A stretch of 64,000 bases of DNA from the NCBI GenBank assembly GCA_030265395.1, contig JARFYF010000068.1:11309337-11373336 (forward strand), written 5' to 3'. The notes under the pieces are model-generated. The model did no database searches. It was not told the origin of the DNA and worked only from the letters and a program-made list of their open reading frames with translations. Shown one piece after another: positions 27,150 through 39,619 of this stretch; position 1 is the first letter of the stretch, and each line of letters begins with the position of its first letter. This stretch comes from Rhina ancylostomus. Its lineage: Eukaryota. A program made the position numbers and the translations under genes.

Positions 27150-27450
27150 CCTCAACCAATGGAAAAGCGCCCGTTCAGGAAAAAAGACATTTATTCAACA
27201 GTACTTGATTCATTTTCCATTTGCTGACGAATGTATACAATGAAATAATTGTTTACAGCTTACCACTTTAACCGTGATCAGATGCAAATTTTTAACATTA
27301 CCTAATTAATGTATCTAAATCCTTCCAACTAATCACTGTGTGTGCTGAATACCCTTGGAGGTCTCTCTGAGATATAAGCAACAGCAACATTTAAAATCAG
27401 GAGATCAGTGTAGCTGTTGAAATAACGGGAAACATAGATCCCGTCCGATT
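27150..27450 (+). promoter_or_regulatory. Putative promoter of gene 4
   Basis: CCAAT box (caaccaatgg ~27153), TTAACCGTGATCA (27268), CCTAATTAATG (27301), ACCCTTGGAG (27351) and TATAAG at 27373, 78 bp before the ATG. Conserved at 53190-53475. Confidence 0.6.
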
Positions 27451-27520
27451 ATGACGAAGCCTGTGATCATGAAGACGGAAGCTATTTACTATCCTATTCT
27501 TGCAGCAATTGGCATTCCAG
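27451..27520 (+). CDS. GPR139/142-like class A GPCR gene 4 (subtype A), exon 1
   Basis: MTKPVIMKTEAIYYPILAAIGIP+G followed by donor gtaaat. Phase 1, in frame with the exon at 30500. Homologous mini-exons precede every paralogue. Confidence 0.9.
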
Positions 27521-28659
27521 GTAAATCAGTCATAGAACGGTTTGCAAATATATGTTGATGTGATTGACTCCAGATGTTAAATATCAACAACAAAGATATA
27601 TGGCAAAATGCGTTTTGGGATCCCATCAGATTATTAACATAAACAACTTACTGAAGTCGAAAAATAACTGACTGTTTATCATCAGCAATATCACGGGATT
27701 TTTAATATTGTGCTTGGATCATCTGTACACTGGATTGAACTATCAAACCGATAATGTTTGAATACATCCAATAAGGAGTATATAACAATTTCTCTTGATT
27801 TATGTCCACCCAGCAGAACTACTGCCCACTTCCACTGCGACAAAAAAAAAGGTTGCCATAGGAAGGGTGGATTGCTTGCTTCAAGCAAAGGATCGTCGTG
27901 AAAATGTCTATTTCATGATTTTTTTAGATTGTATATCATGGAAAATAAATACATCGTGACTTCCAAATTTTGTTGCTCAACGTCAATGTTCATTACTAAT
28001 TTCAAATTCGCAAATCATGGCAAAAACTGAACGGCTGCGAATACATACTGATGAATTTTCTTCGGTTAACTTTGCACTTCTGCAGGAAAAGGTACTAGTC
28101 GTGCACGTAAATCCAGGTGCAGGACTGTCATTGCACGATGGACTTTCCTTTCGACTAATATCGACAACAAGTAAGTCATGCATGGTCACAGGCGGGAATT
28201 CATGGTTTATTTTAATACTTGATACTTTCGGCATTAACTCGTGAAATGGAAGGTAAAATATGTTGCTGACAGTTGATGAAGTTTGAACTGCAAGCATCAT
28301 ATTTGCAGTCTGATGAACCCTGAATCATTGTTGAAAATAATACACTATTCAATCTATTTGTTGACTGGTACCTTTAAATACGTTGGTATTTAATGAAACG
28401 AGGACAAACGCTTTTATTTAAAAGTGAACGCATAAAATAGTGGCAGGTAGTAACGCAAAAGGACTACCCTGTTTACCTGGCAATATCACGTTCTGAATAT
28501 TCAATGTATAATATTGACAGACATTTGGAAGTAAAACAACGCTTGTCTCTTGTATATTGTTCCAATCGGTTTCAATGCCATACAATGTTTGTCATGACGA
28601 AGCTGGAATATTAATTATACATGTATATAGCAGGGGACAATTCAATTTTTATACAGGAT

Positions 28660-29075
28660 TAACTCGGACCGTCCGTACAATATTGTGTTCAATTTTGGTC
28701 TTCTGATTGAATAAAGAAAGTAATTGCCATAGACAGAATGCAGTAACGATTCACTAATTTGACTCTCAAGATGACGGTATGTGGTATGTGGAGGCAGTTA
28801 CTAGAATGAGATTTAGTGCAAAGATAGGAAGATAAAATATGTTGCCGTTCAAAGAAATAATTCATGAAATCAACCGGTCAAATACAAAGAAAATGTTTCG
28901 ATTAAGAGAGAAGATTAAGGCCGGTGACCTTCAGAAGAATGAGGTCGCTGATCTGAGTCACAGAGGAATGTATTCGACCAGAGGGTAAAGAACCTTTGGA
29001 ACGTTCGATCCCAGACCACGAACAAGGTTCAATCAACTCATTCAAACCATTGTTGACAGGTTTCAGTACATAGGG
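28660..29075 (+). mobile_element. Decayed CR1 LINE 3' fragment in gene 4 intron (paralogue ~54160-54570)
   Basis: tattgtgttcaattttggtct...gccatagacagaatgcagtaacgattcact resembles the CR1 ORF2 C-terminus (YCVQFWS...QRRFT). Confidence 0.6.
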
Positions 29076-30499
29076 AAGAAGTATGAGCCACGAGGAAAAC
29101 GCGGAGAAAATGGCGCTGAGAAGGAAAATCTGCCGGGATCTTACTGAATATATTCGTGTCACCTACTGTTTTGCTCGGAAAGATTCTGTGCAAAGTCTGA
29201 ATTTAGCTGTACCAAGAGTGCACCGCTTCAATTACGATCGATTGTTTACTCAGCAGTGGTTGCATTCAATAATGTGACAGTAATTTGTCGGCAGGTGCTC
29301 TTGAACTGATTTCTACCATGAACATGAGACCAAGCTTGGTGGTTATCACATTATCACATTAGTGGATGTGGATTGACCCTCTTTACCGAACTGTGATTTT
29401 TCATTTTAATATTTTAATACTTTGTTGAAACGTTTATCGATTGACTGCAAGCTTATTTTAATATTGTTTGTGAAGAACATGCCGTAAGATATGTAGTTAG
29501 AGTTCTTCGAAAGAGTAGTTAACGTTACAAAATGAAAGTGAAAAGGGTTGGAGGAAACAAGCAAATCTGTAGTTTAAAAAAATATTTCAGGTACTGGTAA
29601 TTCAAGCAGCCCTTCCCAAATATTGTATGAGAAATCTTCACAACGACTGTGGATAGACATTTTTCTCAATTTCTGATTGAATTTCTTGTCGAATAACTCT
29701 CCATAAACCGGTGGTATTGCGGCATACTAATTATAAATAGTCAATCCACATCCAGAGGGAAATCCGGTAAATATTGCTTCGGTATTTATGGAATGTTCCT
29801 CATGCATCCTTATATTTGCGCTGTGATTGCGTTACTTCTGTTGAATGTGTATCTGTATGCAGCAGATTCACGCGCGGAGATAGTTGAATAAATGTTTAAT
29901 GCATTGCATTTGAGCTTGCTGATAATTCACTATCTGTGGTCACTTACAGAGGGTATTCGCCAGCCGTATTAGCCGTCCCCAATGTGAAAATAACAGTACG
30001 TTACAAATCCACTCATTCCATTCAATACGGCAGTAGATTTACATGGCGATAACAGAAGACGAGCGGCATTTCCAATATGAAGCTTGTTTTAACGTTGGAT
30101 CAGAGATGTGATGACCTTCTTTTTTTCCTAATTGAATTCTAACCCTCTTGAACAAAAATTAAATATAACTGAAAGCTTGGCTGATATGATGTTAGGTAGC
30201 GAAAGGTAGGAGATGTGAACACACATTCTTACGATTGAATACGAGTAAAATATTGAACTGTCGAGATGCAAGTTTGCAATAGTTTTCCCAGAGTATTTTG
30301 TTAGATCAAACCGCACTCCATGCAGACAATAAAAACGGAATAAGTCGGGTATGTTTTCCGAACCATTGTTTCATAAATTTTAAGTTGATTCAAAAGTCGT
30401 GAAGGAACAAAAGGTACACAGGGTAAATTTGTCACCAGGAAAAGCCTGTTTTGCCGGTTGAGCCTCGTTTCTAAAGTAATTTGTTTTCTTTGTTTACAG

Positions 30500-31419
30500 C
30501 GAATTTGGTGGCAATCGTCATCCTGTCCTCTGGAAAATGCGGCCTCTCAAGGTGCATCATCAAATATCTAGTATCGATGGCAGTTGCTGACCTCATGGTT
30601 TTGCTAATTAATGTAATGTTGAATGAACTGAGAAAGGCGTATTTCCCGTATTCATTCCTGAATTACACGTCTATTTGTAGTCTTATTTTTCTACTAATGT
30701 ATATTTCCCTAGATTGCTCTGTCTGGCTAACTGTCGCTTTTACATTTGATCGATTTGTTGCTATTTCTTGCCAGTCGTTCCGGGCAAAATATTGCACTCC
30801 TCAGATTGCATCGAAGGCTATAGCAGTGGTTTTCTTGTTAAGCATCTTGGAAAATATTCCCATTTACTTTATATTTGAACCTATGGACATAATTAACCAG
30901 ATGCCATGGTCCTGTTACGTAAAATCAAGCTTTTACACCTCACCCGCTTGGGTCGCGTTCTTATGGATTGAAACAACCTTAACACCATTTGCACCATATG
31001 TTTCGATTCTTCTGCTTAATTCCTTTACAATAAATAATATTATAATGTCCAACAAAGTCAGGAGCAGATTACGAGGAAGCAACAAAGAAGGTGGCCAGAC
31101 TGATCAAGAGACTGACAACAGAAGGAAATCAATCATTTTACTTGTCGCAATATCTGGTAATTTTATTCTCATGTGGATGGTAAACCTTGCAACTTTCATT
31201 AGTGTTCAATTTACAGATACTCAATTTCTGGAAACCGATTACAAAGACTCTTTCACCATTACAGAAAAATGTGGCTATATGCTAAGGTGTTTGAGCACTT
31301 GCACAAACACCTTCATTTATGCGGTATCTCAGAAAAACTTCAGAGAGGAAATGAAGAATATGATTATGCGTGTTCTTATTCTTACTGGTAGTTTACGCAA
31401 GTGCTGTATGTTTCTTTAG
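30500..31419 (+). CDS. GPR139/142-like class A GPCR gene 4, exon 2 (spliced product 329 aa, intact)
   Basis: Acceptor tgtttacag at 30499. Open 7TM frame with MAVADL (TM2), DCSVWLTVAFTFDRF (TM3), PWSC (ECL2), RRKSIILLVAISGNFILMW (TM6) and CTNTFIYAVSQKNFREE (TM7/H8). Ends KCCMFL*. Confidence 0.95.
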
Positions 31420-31739
31420 CACTTAAAGAGCTATATAGAAACTGAATGAATCAACTGATGTAAATTGAACATAGATACATCCCTTAACATAACATACTGT
31501 GGCATCGAGTCCCTTACTTAAATTTCTTGGAATTTGTTATTATTTTCAGTTATAATCAAATAATAATGGAAACGACGCGATTTATTCTCAGATATTAAAG
31601 AAACTTATTGAAACAAGCACAGTTGTTTCATTCGACTGACGTAAAGATCACAACATTATCAGAAAATGCTGACGGACACGAGTTACAATGCATTTGTGAC
31701 GAGAACAATACTCCATAGAATATTTTCAATTTGACACGC

Positions 31740-34700
31740 AACAGTACATGGCAGGAGCAGACTATTCGACTCAGATGTTTGTGCCGACCATGCTGCTATT
31801 ACAAACTGAGCCACGTTGCCTGCACATGGGCCATATCTCTCCCTTCCCTGCCTCTCTATGTACTTGTCATTTTTTTTTCTTAAACGTTGGTGTTGGAATG
31901 GCTTCCTCCACTTCCCAAGCGGACAAGTTCCAGGCACTGACCATTGCCTGAGTTAAAGCAAAATCCCCTTAAATTTCATTTAATCGCCCACCCGCCATTA
32001 AACCTATAATCTATGGTCTTTCCCATTTCCTTCCCAGGGGATAAAAACAGACTATGTACCCTGTATTTGCCTCTCATAATGTTGTAAACATCTATCAAGT
32101 CGCCCTTTAGCCTCTAATGTTTCATAGAAAACAGACCATGTTTGTCTAACCGCTCATTTTAGCTTATTCTTTGTAATCCACGCAACATCCCAGTGGGCAA
32201 TCATCTGAATACTCCCGAAAGTCTGCTCATCCTTCTTAAAATGTCAAGAGCAGAATTGCACACAGCATTCAAAATATTGCCTTAATAAAGTTTTGCACAG
32301 CTGCAACATGGCTTCCGAGGTTTGCAGTGAATGCTCCTACTAAATCTAACAGGTCTACTCTCCACCTTTTTTTAACCACCTTTTCTACTTGCTTTGTATC
32401 TTTCAGGAAGCTATGTTTTTGCTCCCCTACATCCTTCTGTAGGTTAGTGCTCCAGCGGGTCCTGCTATTTGCTGTATACTTCTCTCATAAATTTGACCTT
32501 GCAAAATGTAACACCACACGCTTGCTCGGATTATCACCTTTGGTATTTCTCTGCCAACTTCTTCAACTTATCGTTATCGTGCTGCATCGCTTGACAACAT
32601 CCCTCAATATCCAGGAAATTACCATTTTTAGTGTCATCAGCCACCGCAGTCATCAGCCAACCTACATATCCGTCCAATCCATTTATATACAGTATATCAC
32701 AAACAACAGAACGACCAACAAAGTTAAAATGAAATGGTGGATGAACTCCGCAGGTCAGGAAGCATCAATGGAGGGAAATGAGCAGGTGACGTTTCGGACC
32801 GAGACCCTTCATCAATCCTGATGAATGGATGAATGGTCTCTGCCCGAAAAATTGACTGCCTGACCTGCTAAGTTCCATAGAGGAGCATACAGAGATGCTG
32901 CTTGACCTGCTGTGTTCATACAGCATTTTTGTGTATTGCTCCAGATTTGCAGAATCTGCCGTGTTTCTTGTGTCCCAGCAATGCTTCTTGTGAAACACCA
33001 CTGGTCACAGAACAACAGTCAGAATAACACCGTTGCACCACTACCCTATATCTTCTGTGGCCAACCCGATTTTAAATATAATCCACCTACTCTCCAGGGA
33101 TCCCTTTTGCGTTAATCTTCTGGATCTGCATGACATGAAGTGCCTTGTCGAAAAGTTTACTAATGTCCACAACAATCACGGCCCTACCCTCGACAATCAC
33201 GTTCTCTGTCTTCTCAGAAAATTCAATAAAGTTTGGACGTTGTGGTTTACCCAGATTTGAAAATGACCAGCAAAGGAATAAGTTTCCTCAAGAAGTTAAA
33301 CTTTTATTTGCAAACAAAAGCTGTGACAGCCAAACAGCCAGTTACCAGTCACTGGTCTCTCTGACTGCCCCCAAGCGTAGCTCGAGGCCCTTTTTTATGC
33401 CTTTCTAAGAGCTTGATTATACTTTCACAATTCATCTTGTCTCCATATCTTCACAATTCCATCCTTTAACCATTTGCCCATCCTTCAACCATTTGTCTCC
33501 TGTCACAGTGTGCCCCAATTACTTATGGGCATTGGGGTACTAGACTACAATACTATCAGCCATTGGACAATACCAAGCTTATTAGTTGCAAAGCTACCAG
33601 TAATAAAACATCAAAATGTGCCACCATTGTTTATGTGTCCTGAGATATGCTGGCACCAGGTTTCTCAGTTATCAGAACTTAAAGCCACAGAACTGCTTTA
33701 AAATCATTAGTCGCACTGGCTATAACAGCCATTAGCTTCACAATAAATCAACAGCGTCTTCCTAGGAATGTTCTTACCATCTACTTAATGACCTACATGT
33801 TCCCGCACTGATAATTTCCCGCACTCGGGATGGACATGAAAGAGGTCCAGCGGTTATCATAAGGAGACCAGCAGCCATCTGAAACACAGATCAGACTATG
33901 AATAAAAAAGTGTACAATCTCTATTTTCTACATATTCTATAGAAGCTGTGACCTGCCCCGTACAGAAACATGTTTACTCTCTTTGTTAAGTTTACATTTT
34001 CCAGATACGATAGATCCTATGTCTGAGGATCCTACGTGCTGAGCCAACTTTCTGGACCAGTCTACCAAGGCGGATCATTGTTAAATGCTTTCCAAACATC
34101 TTCCATTACGCCTTTAACAATCTTCCGAGCTCGGTCCTCAAAACCTCAAGCAAATTCATGAGACTGGATTTCCTTCACAGAAAACGAAACTGACTATGCC
34201 TGATCAGCACCTGTTTTTCCAAGTGTAGCTAAGTCCTATGGCGCTGAATTTATTGCTGTGATTTCTCTTCTGTTGATGTAAAGCCTGCAGACCTATCCTG
34301 AACTGCCTTATCCTATTTGCCATTCCGAAATAAAGGAACATTATTAGTTTGTCCTACAGTCTTTTTGACCTCAGAACTCACTACCGAAAAAGCAAAAATA
34401 ACCAACAAGGCCCCATGCATCATATTCCCTGCTGCCCATAGGACGCTGCAAGCATTCGGTCCGATCAATATTTTTGATTTATCAAGCCTGATGCATTCCT
34501 TCAAACAGCTCCCACTTCCTTTTACGGAAAAGCTTCATGCTACCGTATTTCCCCTTCCTGAAATCACGGTCTTCCGCGTCCTATCCTTGGTCACTACAGA
34601 TGAGAACTAATCCTAGCCCATATCCCCTGGCACCAACCGTTGATTACTTACTTGATCCTGACGAATCCCTAAACTTATCCGCGATACATTTTTACTCCTA

Positions 34701-35930
34701 AAATACTTAAATAATATCTGTTGGTTATCTTTATTCTACCCGCCAAATATATTCTATGGCCCGTTTTTGTCTGTCAAAATGTCTATCTTTCTTGAAATGT
34801 ACGTTGCTGTTATTCCTCATGAGACGTATTCAATTCCATTGCCTATTTGATTCCTTCTTCATTCCAATCAAACGTTTCATATATGTTGTCATTCATGGTT
34901 TCTTAATCATATCAAGCTTTGTATTTCATTATGTTGGAAATTATTGCCCCTGAACTTTTAAAACTACTTTCCCAAAAGGTCAAATGTTATTGATGTCGTT
35001 TTAGTGTCATGGTTCTGGGTTCTTCCCCTCAATTTGACTCCTTTAATGGCTTGTTGTCCAGCAAATGGATTCCATGCTGGACTGATTACATAATGACACA
35101 CACCTGAGCCCCATCATGGGCCTAGCATAAGTAACTGGGTTTCTCTAGCACTAGTTGCCAGAGTATTGGCCTACCTTTGGGTATACTTGGGCTCCTAGTT
35201 GCTTAGAGTGGTCTACTACAGAGCAGTCCTGTGTTTTCTGATCCTTTCTGAAGATTCCGTTTGTGTTAGGATTCCTCTTCGGATCTCTGAGGCAAGATTC
35301 CTTACAGTAACTGCCTGTGTTTGTCCTGAGGAAGTATCCTGAGTCCAGTCTTGTATCAGTGTGCCGCATTTGGATTCTCTGTGAGCTTGCTCTTTGATCA
35401 ACATTGTGATATTTAGCCGCTAGCATATGATCTAAAACGACTTTCACGAGGCTGCACCTTATTGTATTGAATCATCCTTCCAAAACGTTGGGCAGGAATT
35501 TGAGGACGAAATTTATCCTACTACGTAACTTTCTTGATATTTAGAGAATTATCGTCACTGTTCTCAAAGTGCCCTCACCGATACTTCCCCAATCTGCTCA
35601 TCTTAATTTCCTGAGATATGGTCGAGCAGTGCTTCGTCTCTACATATTATATCTTGAATAAACTTATGAAATACCGAACAATAGAGCAAGCCCCATGCAC
35701 CAATGCAATCCCTATCAATTTTCGGAAGAATAATCTCTGCCAGTCATGACAATAGTTTGACCCTATTGTTTTTACATCTTCCGGATGACGTTTGGAGATC
35801 ACTCTACCAAAGTAATAGACAATCATTTATTCTTAATTTATCCACATATGGTTTTATTGGACGATTACAGTCTATTATACTCTCTAAATGAAATTCTGAT
35901 TTCCATATCCAATGAGATTTCATTCACACG
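31740..35930 (-). mobile_element. Long tract of decayed CR1-like LINE sequence with nested insertions (paralogue 57245-60330)
   Basis: Reverse-strand CR1-like 3' end and RT remnants. The paralogue translates to NLQMTKK...YEFNPDKCVLLHFARTN (ORF 57868-58206), typical of the CR1 RT C-terminal region. Confidence 0.65.
35005..35411 (-). mobile_element. Complete 407-bp solo-LTR-like element (copy 6), 5-bp TSD TTTAG
   Basis: TGTCATGG...ATTGTGATA, with TTTAG at 35000-35004 and 35412-35416. The paralogous empty site is at ~59785-59795. Confidence 0.92.
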
Positions 35931-38069
35931 AGGATTACAAAAACTGCGATTTTTGTGTATATAGTGTTTGGTTAAAACCATAAGAGTTCAGCAGGGGAAT
36001 GTGCATGTTTGTGAATGGCAACTTGTTTGGCGGCTCAACGTGAAAGAATGAAAGTACATACGGTTTTCGGCACGTGGACGGCAATAGTGAAAAACCACTG
36101 AGCCAAGACAAACTTGAAATATTCAAAGAAGCGGAGTGCATAATGTCATTACTGGTGCAAGCGGGGTAAAACTGCAAGCAACAATAATCAACAGTTTCAA
36201 AGACAGCAAAATATATATTTGCAACAAGTAATGGCTAAAACTCTTGTTCCACAATGGCATCACGTATGCATCTTTGAGACAAGGTACTGTAACCTTTTGT
36301 AAGATGTAGTGTCTAAAGGCTGTGGAGGAAATGCCACGCGACAGCACGACACCACTAACTCTCTTGGAGACAATCGCCTGATAGTTAATGGTGCAGGAGC
36401 ATTCCAGGTGAAATCTGATGTTGCATCAAATAGATGCACATAAAGCAATAGTTTTTGCACTGACAATTCTACGAACAGCGGACAGCACGTATTGTTGAAT
36501 GTGGCGTGATACGTTACGTGTTGTTTTGAAAGGGTTTTTTTGCTCTAGCCACGCTGAAGATAGATAACACCCAATTCTGGACAAGAGTTGTGACTGATTC
36601 ATGTTGTAATTGTTTACAACACAATTTACATCCAAGAATGGCGGATAGAAATCGAGAAGTTTATTCCTCAGTAACGCACGGTAACCACACCATTGATGGT
36701 TTGCAGTTACCCGAAAGGAAAAGGGAAAATGCTACAGCGGGATGAAAACATTTAAGGGAAAACTGACACGCTTCGCCCGCAAAATAATATTAACTGTTTT
36801 CCACAGATGTTGCTTGACCTATTGATTTTATCCACCACTTGCTGCTGTTATTTTGGGTTTGAAGCAACAGGAGTACTTTTCCCTCTGCTACTGGACTGCA
36901 GGTGAGCTGTGCATGGTTTATCCAACTGCATTTTATTTTAAGTAGAAAGGGGGAGCCAAGAATAATTCAGTTGCAACATACGCGTTTGGGGAATGCTCTG
37001 ACGCCGCAGTTATTCATAATTATGATAGGAATGGGTACAATTCAACATCCCTGTCTTTGATTCCGGGCACTTTATCTTTTATCGTGATGTTTGCTAAATT
37101 GCTTCTGCGGACTTCATTGTTAACTGAAACTGGTATTGTTTCCTCAATCGAAATTCGTCCACAAGTGGAAACATTCGATAGCAACCCTGCAACTCTCCGT
37201 TCAACATTTCATGTCCAACACAGATCCTCATTCTTATAAACTCCGAAGTATACAGATCGAATTTCTTTTGCCGCTTACGATAGGACAATCTTCTCGTCCA
37301 AGGACTTCGCCTGATCGCCTACATTTCGGCTGACAGCAGGAGACAACAACTGTTGACAAATATGAACTTCTGCATGACAGACTTTTTGCTCTGAAATATC
37401 ACATGGTAAATTAACATGGATATGACCTGTTCTCGACTCACGATATAATAAAAAGTTCGGCCAGACAGTCAAAAGTTTCTTCTGTCATTTCAACACATTA
37501 CCATTTTTTAAAGTAATCTCTCGCATCTGTAAGTGGTGATGGACGGGGGCGGGGGTGAGATGTAAGGGCTTTTCAAGTCTCTTCTTTACTGGTTCCTCCT
37601 TTCTATCAGGTTCAAAACCTTGTCCTATTTGAAATAGGTGAAACTTCGTTCATGGATTTAAGATACGTTTTTATCAAATATATATTGTTTACTTTTGCAT
37701 TATACTTCCATAAATCCTCCACTCTTAAGAACAACAATCAAACTTCATTTGCTGTTTGATAGCTGCACTTACGGCAAAACAAATGGACAATTCTTCTGCA
37801 GATACATTGCATTCTCCTTTACTGGGCACGCTTTTACTTCACACAAGTAGATTAAAACAACGTATTAACATGTTAAATAGTGCACATGCAAGGGGATGTA
37901 GATTAGTATTCTGCGGAACTGTCCAGTGGAACGCTATTTCAAGAAAAATAATTGCACATTAAATATAACATTGTAAATAAATGCATACCTAAAGATACCC
38001 AGAGTTCTGACATGCCGAATTTATTATGAAATATAAACGTAGAGGTATTTTTGCAGAGAGGATCATACA

Positions 38070-38241
38070 CACATGAGAGGAAGTAAAAAAAAATCAGCAT
38101 CATCGGTTTGATCATACTCTAATTGTCGTGCAGTGTTCATGTCACCTTAGGGACTTCTGGAAGATATAAAGATGACCTAATTTGAAAGCAAGAGATCAAC
38201 GAATCTGTCGAACTAACCCGCAACATCGCTATTCTCTGATT
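38070..38241 (+). promoter_or_regulatory. Putative promoter of gene 5
   Basis: GAGAGGAAGT (~38076), CTAATTG (~38119), CACCTTAGGGAC (~38143) and TATAAA at 38165, 77 bp before the ATG. Conserved at 63265-63444. Confidence 0.6.
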
Positions 38242-38311
38242 ATGGGAGAGCCAGTGATTCTACAGATCGAAAGTATTTACTATCCTATTCTTGCAATAAT
38301 TGGCATCCCTG
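38242..38311 (+). CDS. GPR139/142-like class A GPCR gene 5 (subtype B), exon 1
   Basis: MGEPVILQIESIYYPILAIIGIP+G with canonical donor gtaagt; phase 1. Confidence 0.92.
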
Positions 38312-39619
38312 GTAAGTCCTTTCCCGAAGTTTATCAATTTGTTCCTGGAAGTATTGTTCTGACTACTGACTGTCAGCAATCATGTTGAGAATCCATTGCC
38401 TTCTCAATTGATGATAGGTTTATTAGAATGTGAAATGAGCATCTACCTCAGAAAATGTTTGAACAGCGTGCTGGAATCCATTCAGAACCGCCCATTTAAT
38501 ACCTCCATTTAGATATGTTTCCGTTCAACAGAGAGCAAAGAGCATGTTTCACGGTAAAATAGTCATTGATTAGTAAAATGATCTGTTAAAGTCATAGTGA
38601 GTGTTCTTATTGTATTCTCTTTCGACTGCACCCAAAATTCAGCTGATTTATTTAGCAATACCATGCATAAGCAAAATGAGCTCATGCCCACGCGCAGTGT
38701 GGATCCCAACGGTATCATGGTTGCCACATCTGCCATCGAAGCAATACCGGCCTGTAGCAGGTAAGCAATTGGGTGTCCTGTTGTGGCGATACAAACAAGT
38801 ATGTTCGAGTCAACAATTAGTTCACTTTGTGCCCAGCACCATCTTGTGAGCAGAAGCTTAACCTTCTGATAAGCTTTTTGACTTGATTACCTTCTTTCCC
38901 TCCCTGCTTCGAGCAGAAGAAATGAAACAACTCTGCAGATATAATCAATGTAATTTCTCAATTGTATTCGACCGGTACTGACATTCAACTGTGCATTCAT
39001 ATCCTGGCCCACCATTTTTGGGATCTTAGTCAGCAAAACATACGTTTACAATTGATTCCACAGTTGGAAAGTTTTGGGCATCATGAGTACAAATGCTGCT
39101 GGCAGACTATGCGTAACTACTCAAAGTGTATTTGTCATTTCAACATAATATACTTAACTTCGAACGCAACGGGAAAAACATCAGGAGATTCGGAGAAGTA
39201 ATGCTAACTGTGAGGAGGATATGAAATGAACTCTTAGACACTGCTGAGTCTTTACGAACGTCATGGAATCGCATCGACTGTTACGTTCGATGAAGATGAA
39301 TGAAAACAAAGGTAATGGTTTATGTTAATGAGATATTCGTAGTTTCTGCAGCTACTTTTCTTTTGACTCTGAGTTCATGGAATGGGGAACATGTCTCTCT
39401 CTATTAATGAGTATCCAATTTAAGTTTTAATTTGTGAACGTCAAGGATAATAATGGCTCGTGGATCACACATGGAAAGATGTACGGCCAACAATAACGTC
39501 CTGACCTTACTTCCATTTTCTGAAAATCATAGAGACAATGTTTTCACAAGTTTTGCGAATGTATTTGTGATAACTATTTTCAAAGGAATTTCAATTATCA
39601 TTAATATTTCAAAACTCAT

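Noticed and set aside
30481-30499. ORF-track starts for the GPCRs (30481, 41706, 55995)
   Set aside because: These are TTG codons in intronic sequence upstream of the AG acceptors. The true starts are in the upstream mini-exons.
27451-31419. Assigning the symbol GPR139 or GPR142
   Set aside because: These are divergent multi-copy paralogues, and orthology cannot be established without a phylogeny.
35935-36700. Conserved-looking block shared with 60350-61100; possible hidden exon or Gypsy integrase relic (YLSSGWPEQNK)
   Set aside because: Reading frames are not preserved between the two copies, the similarity is explained by the segmental duplication, and the family cannot be assigned by eye.
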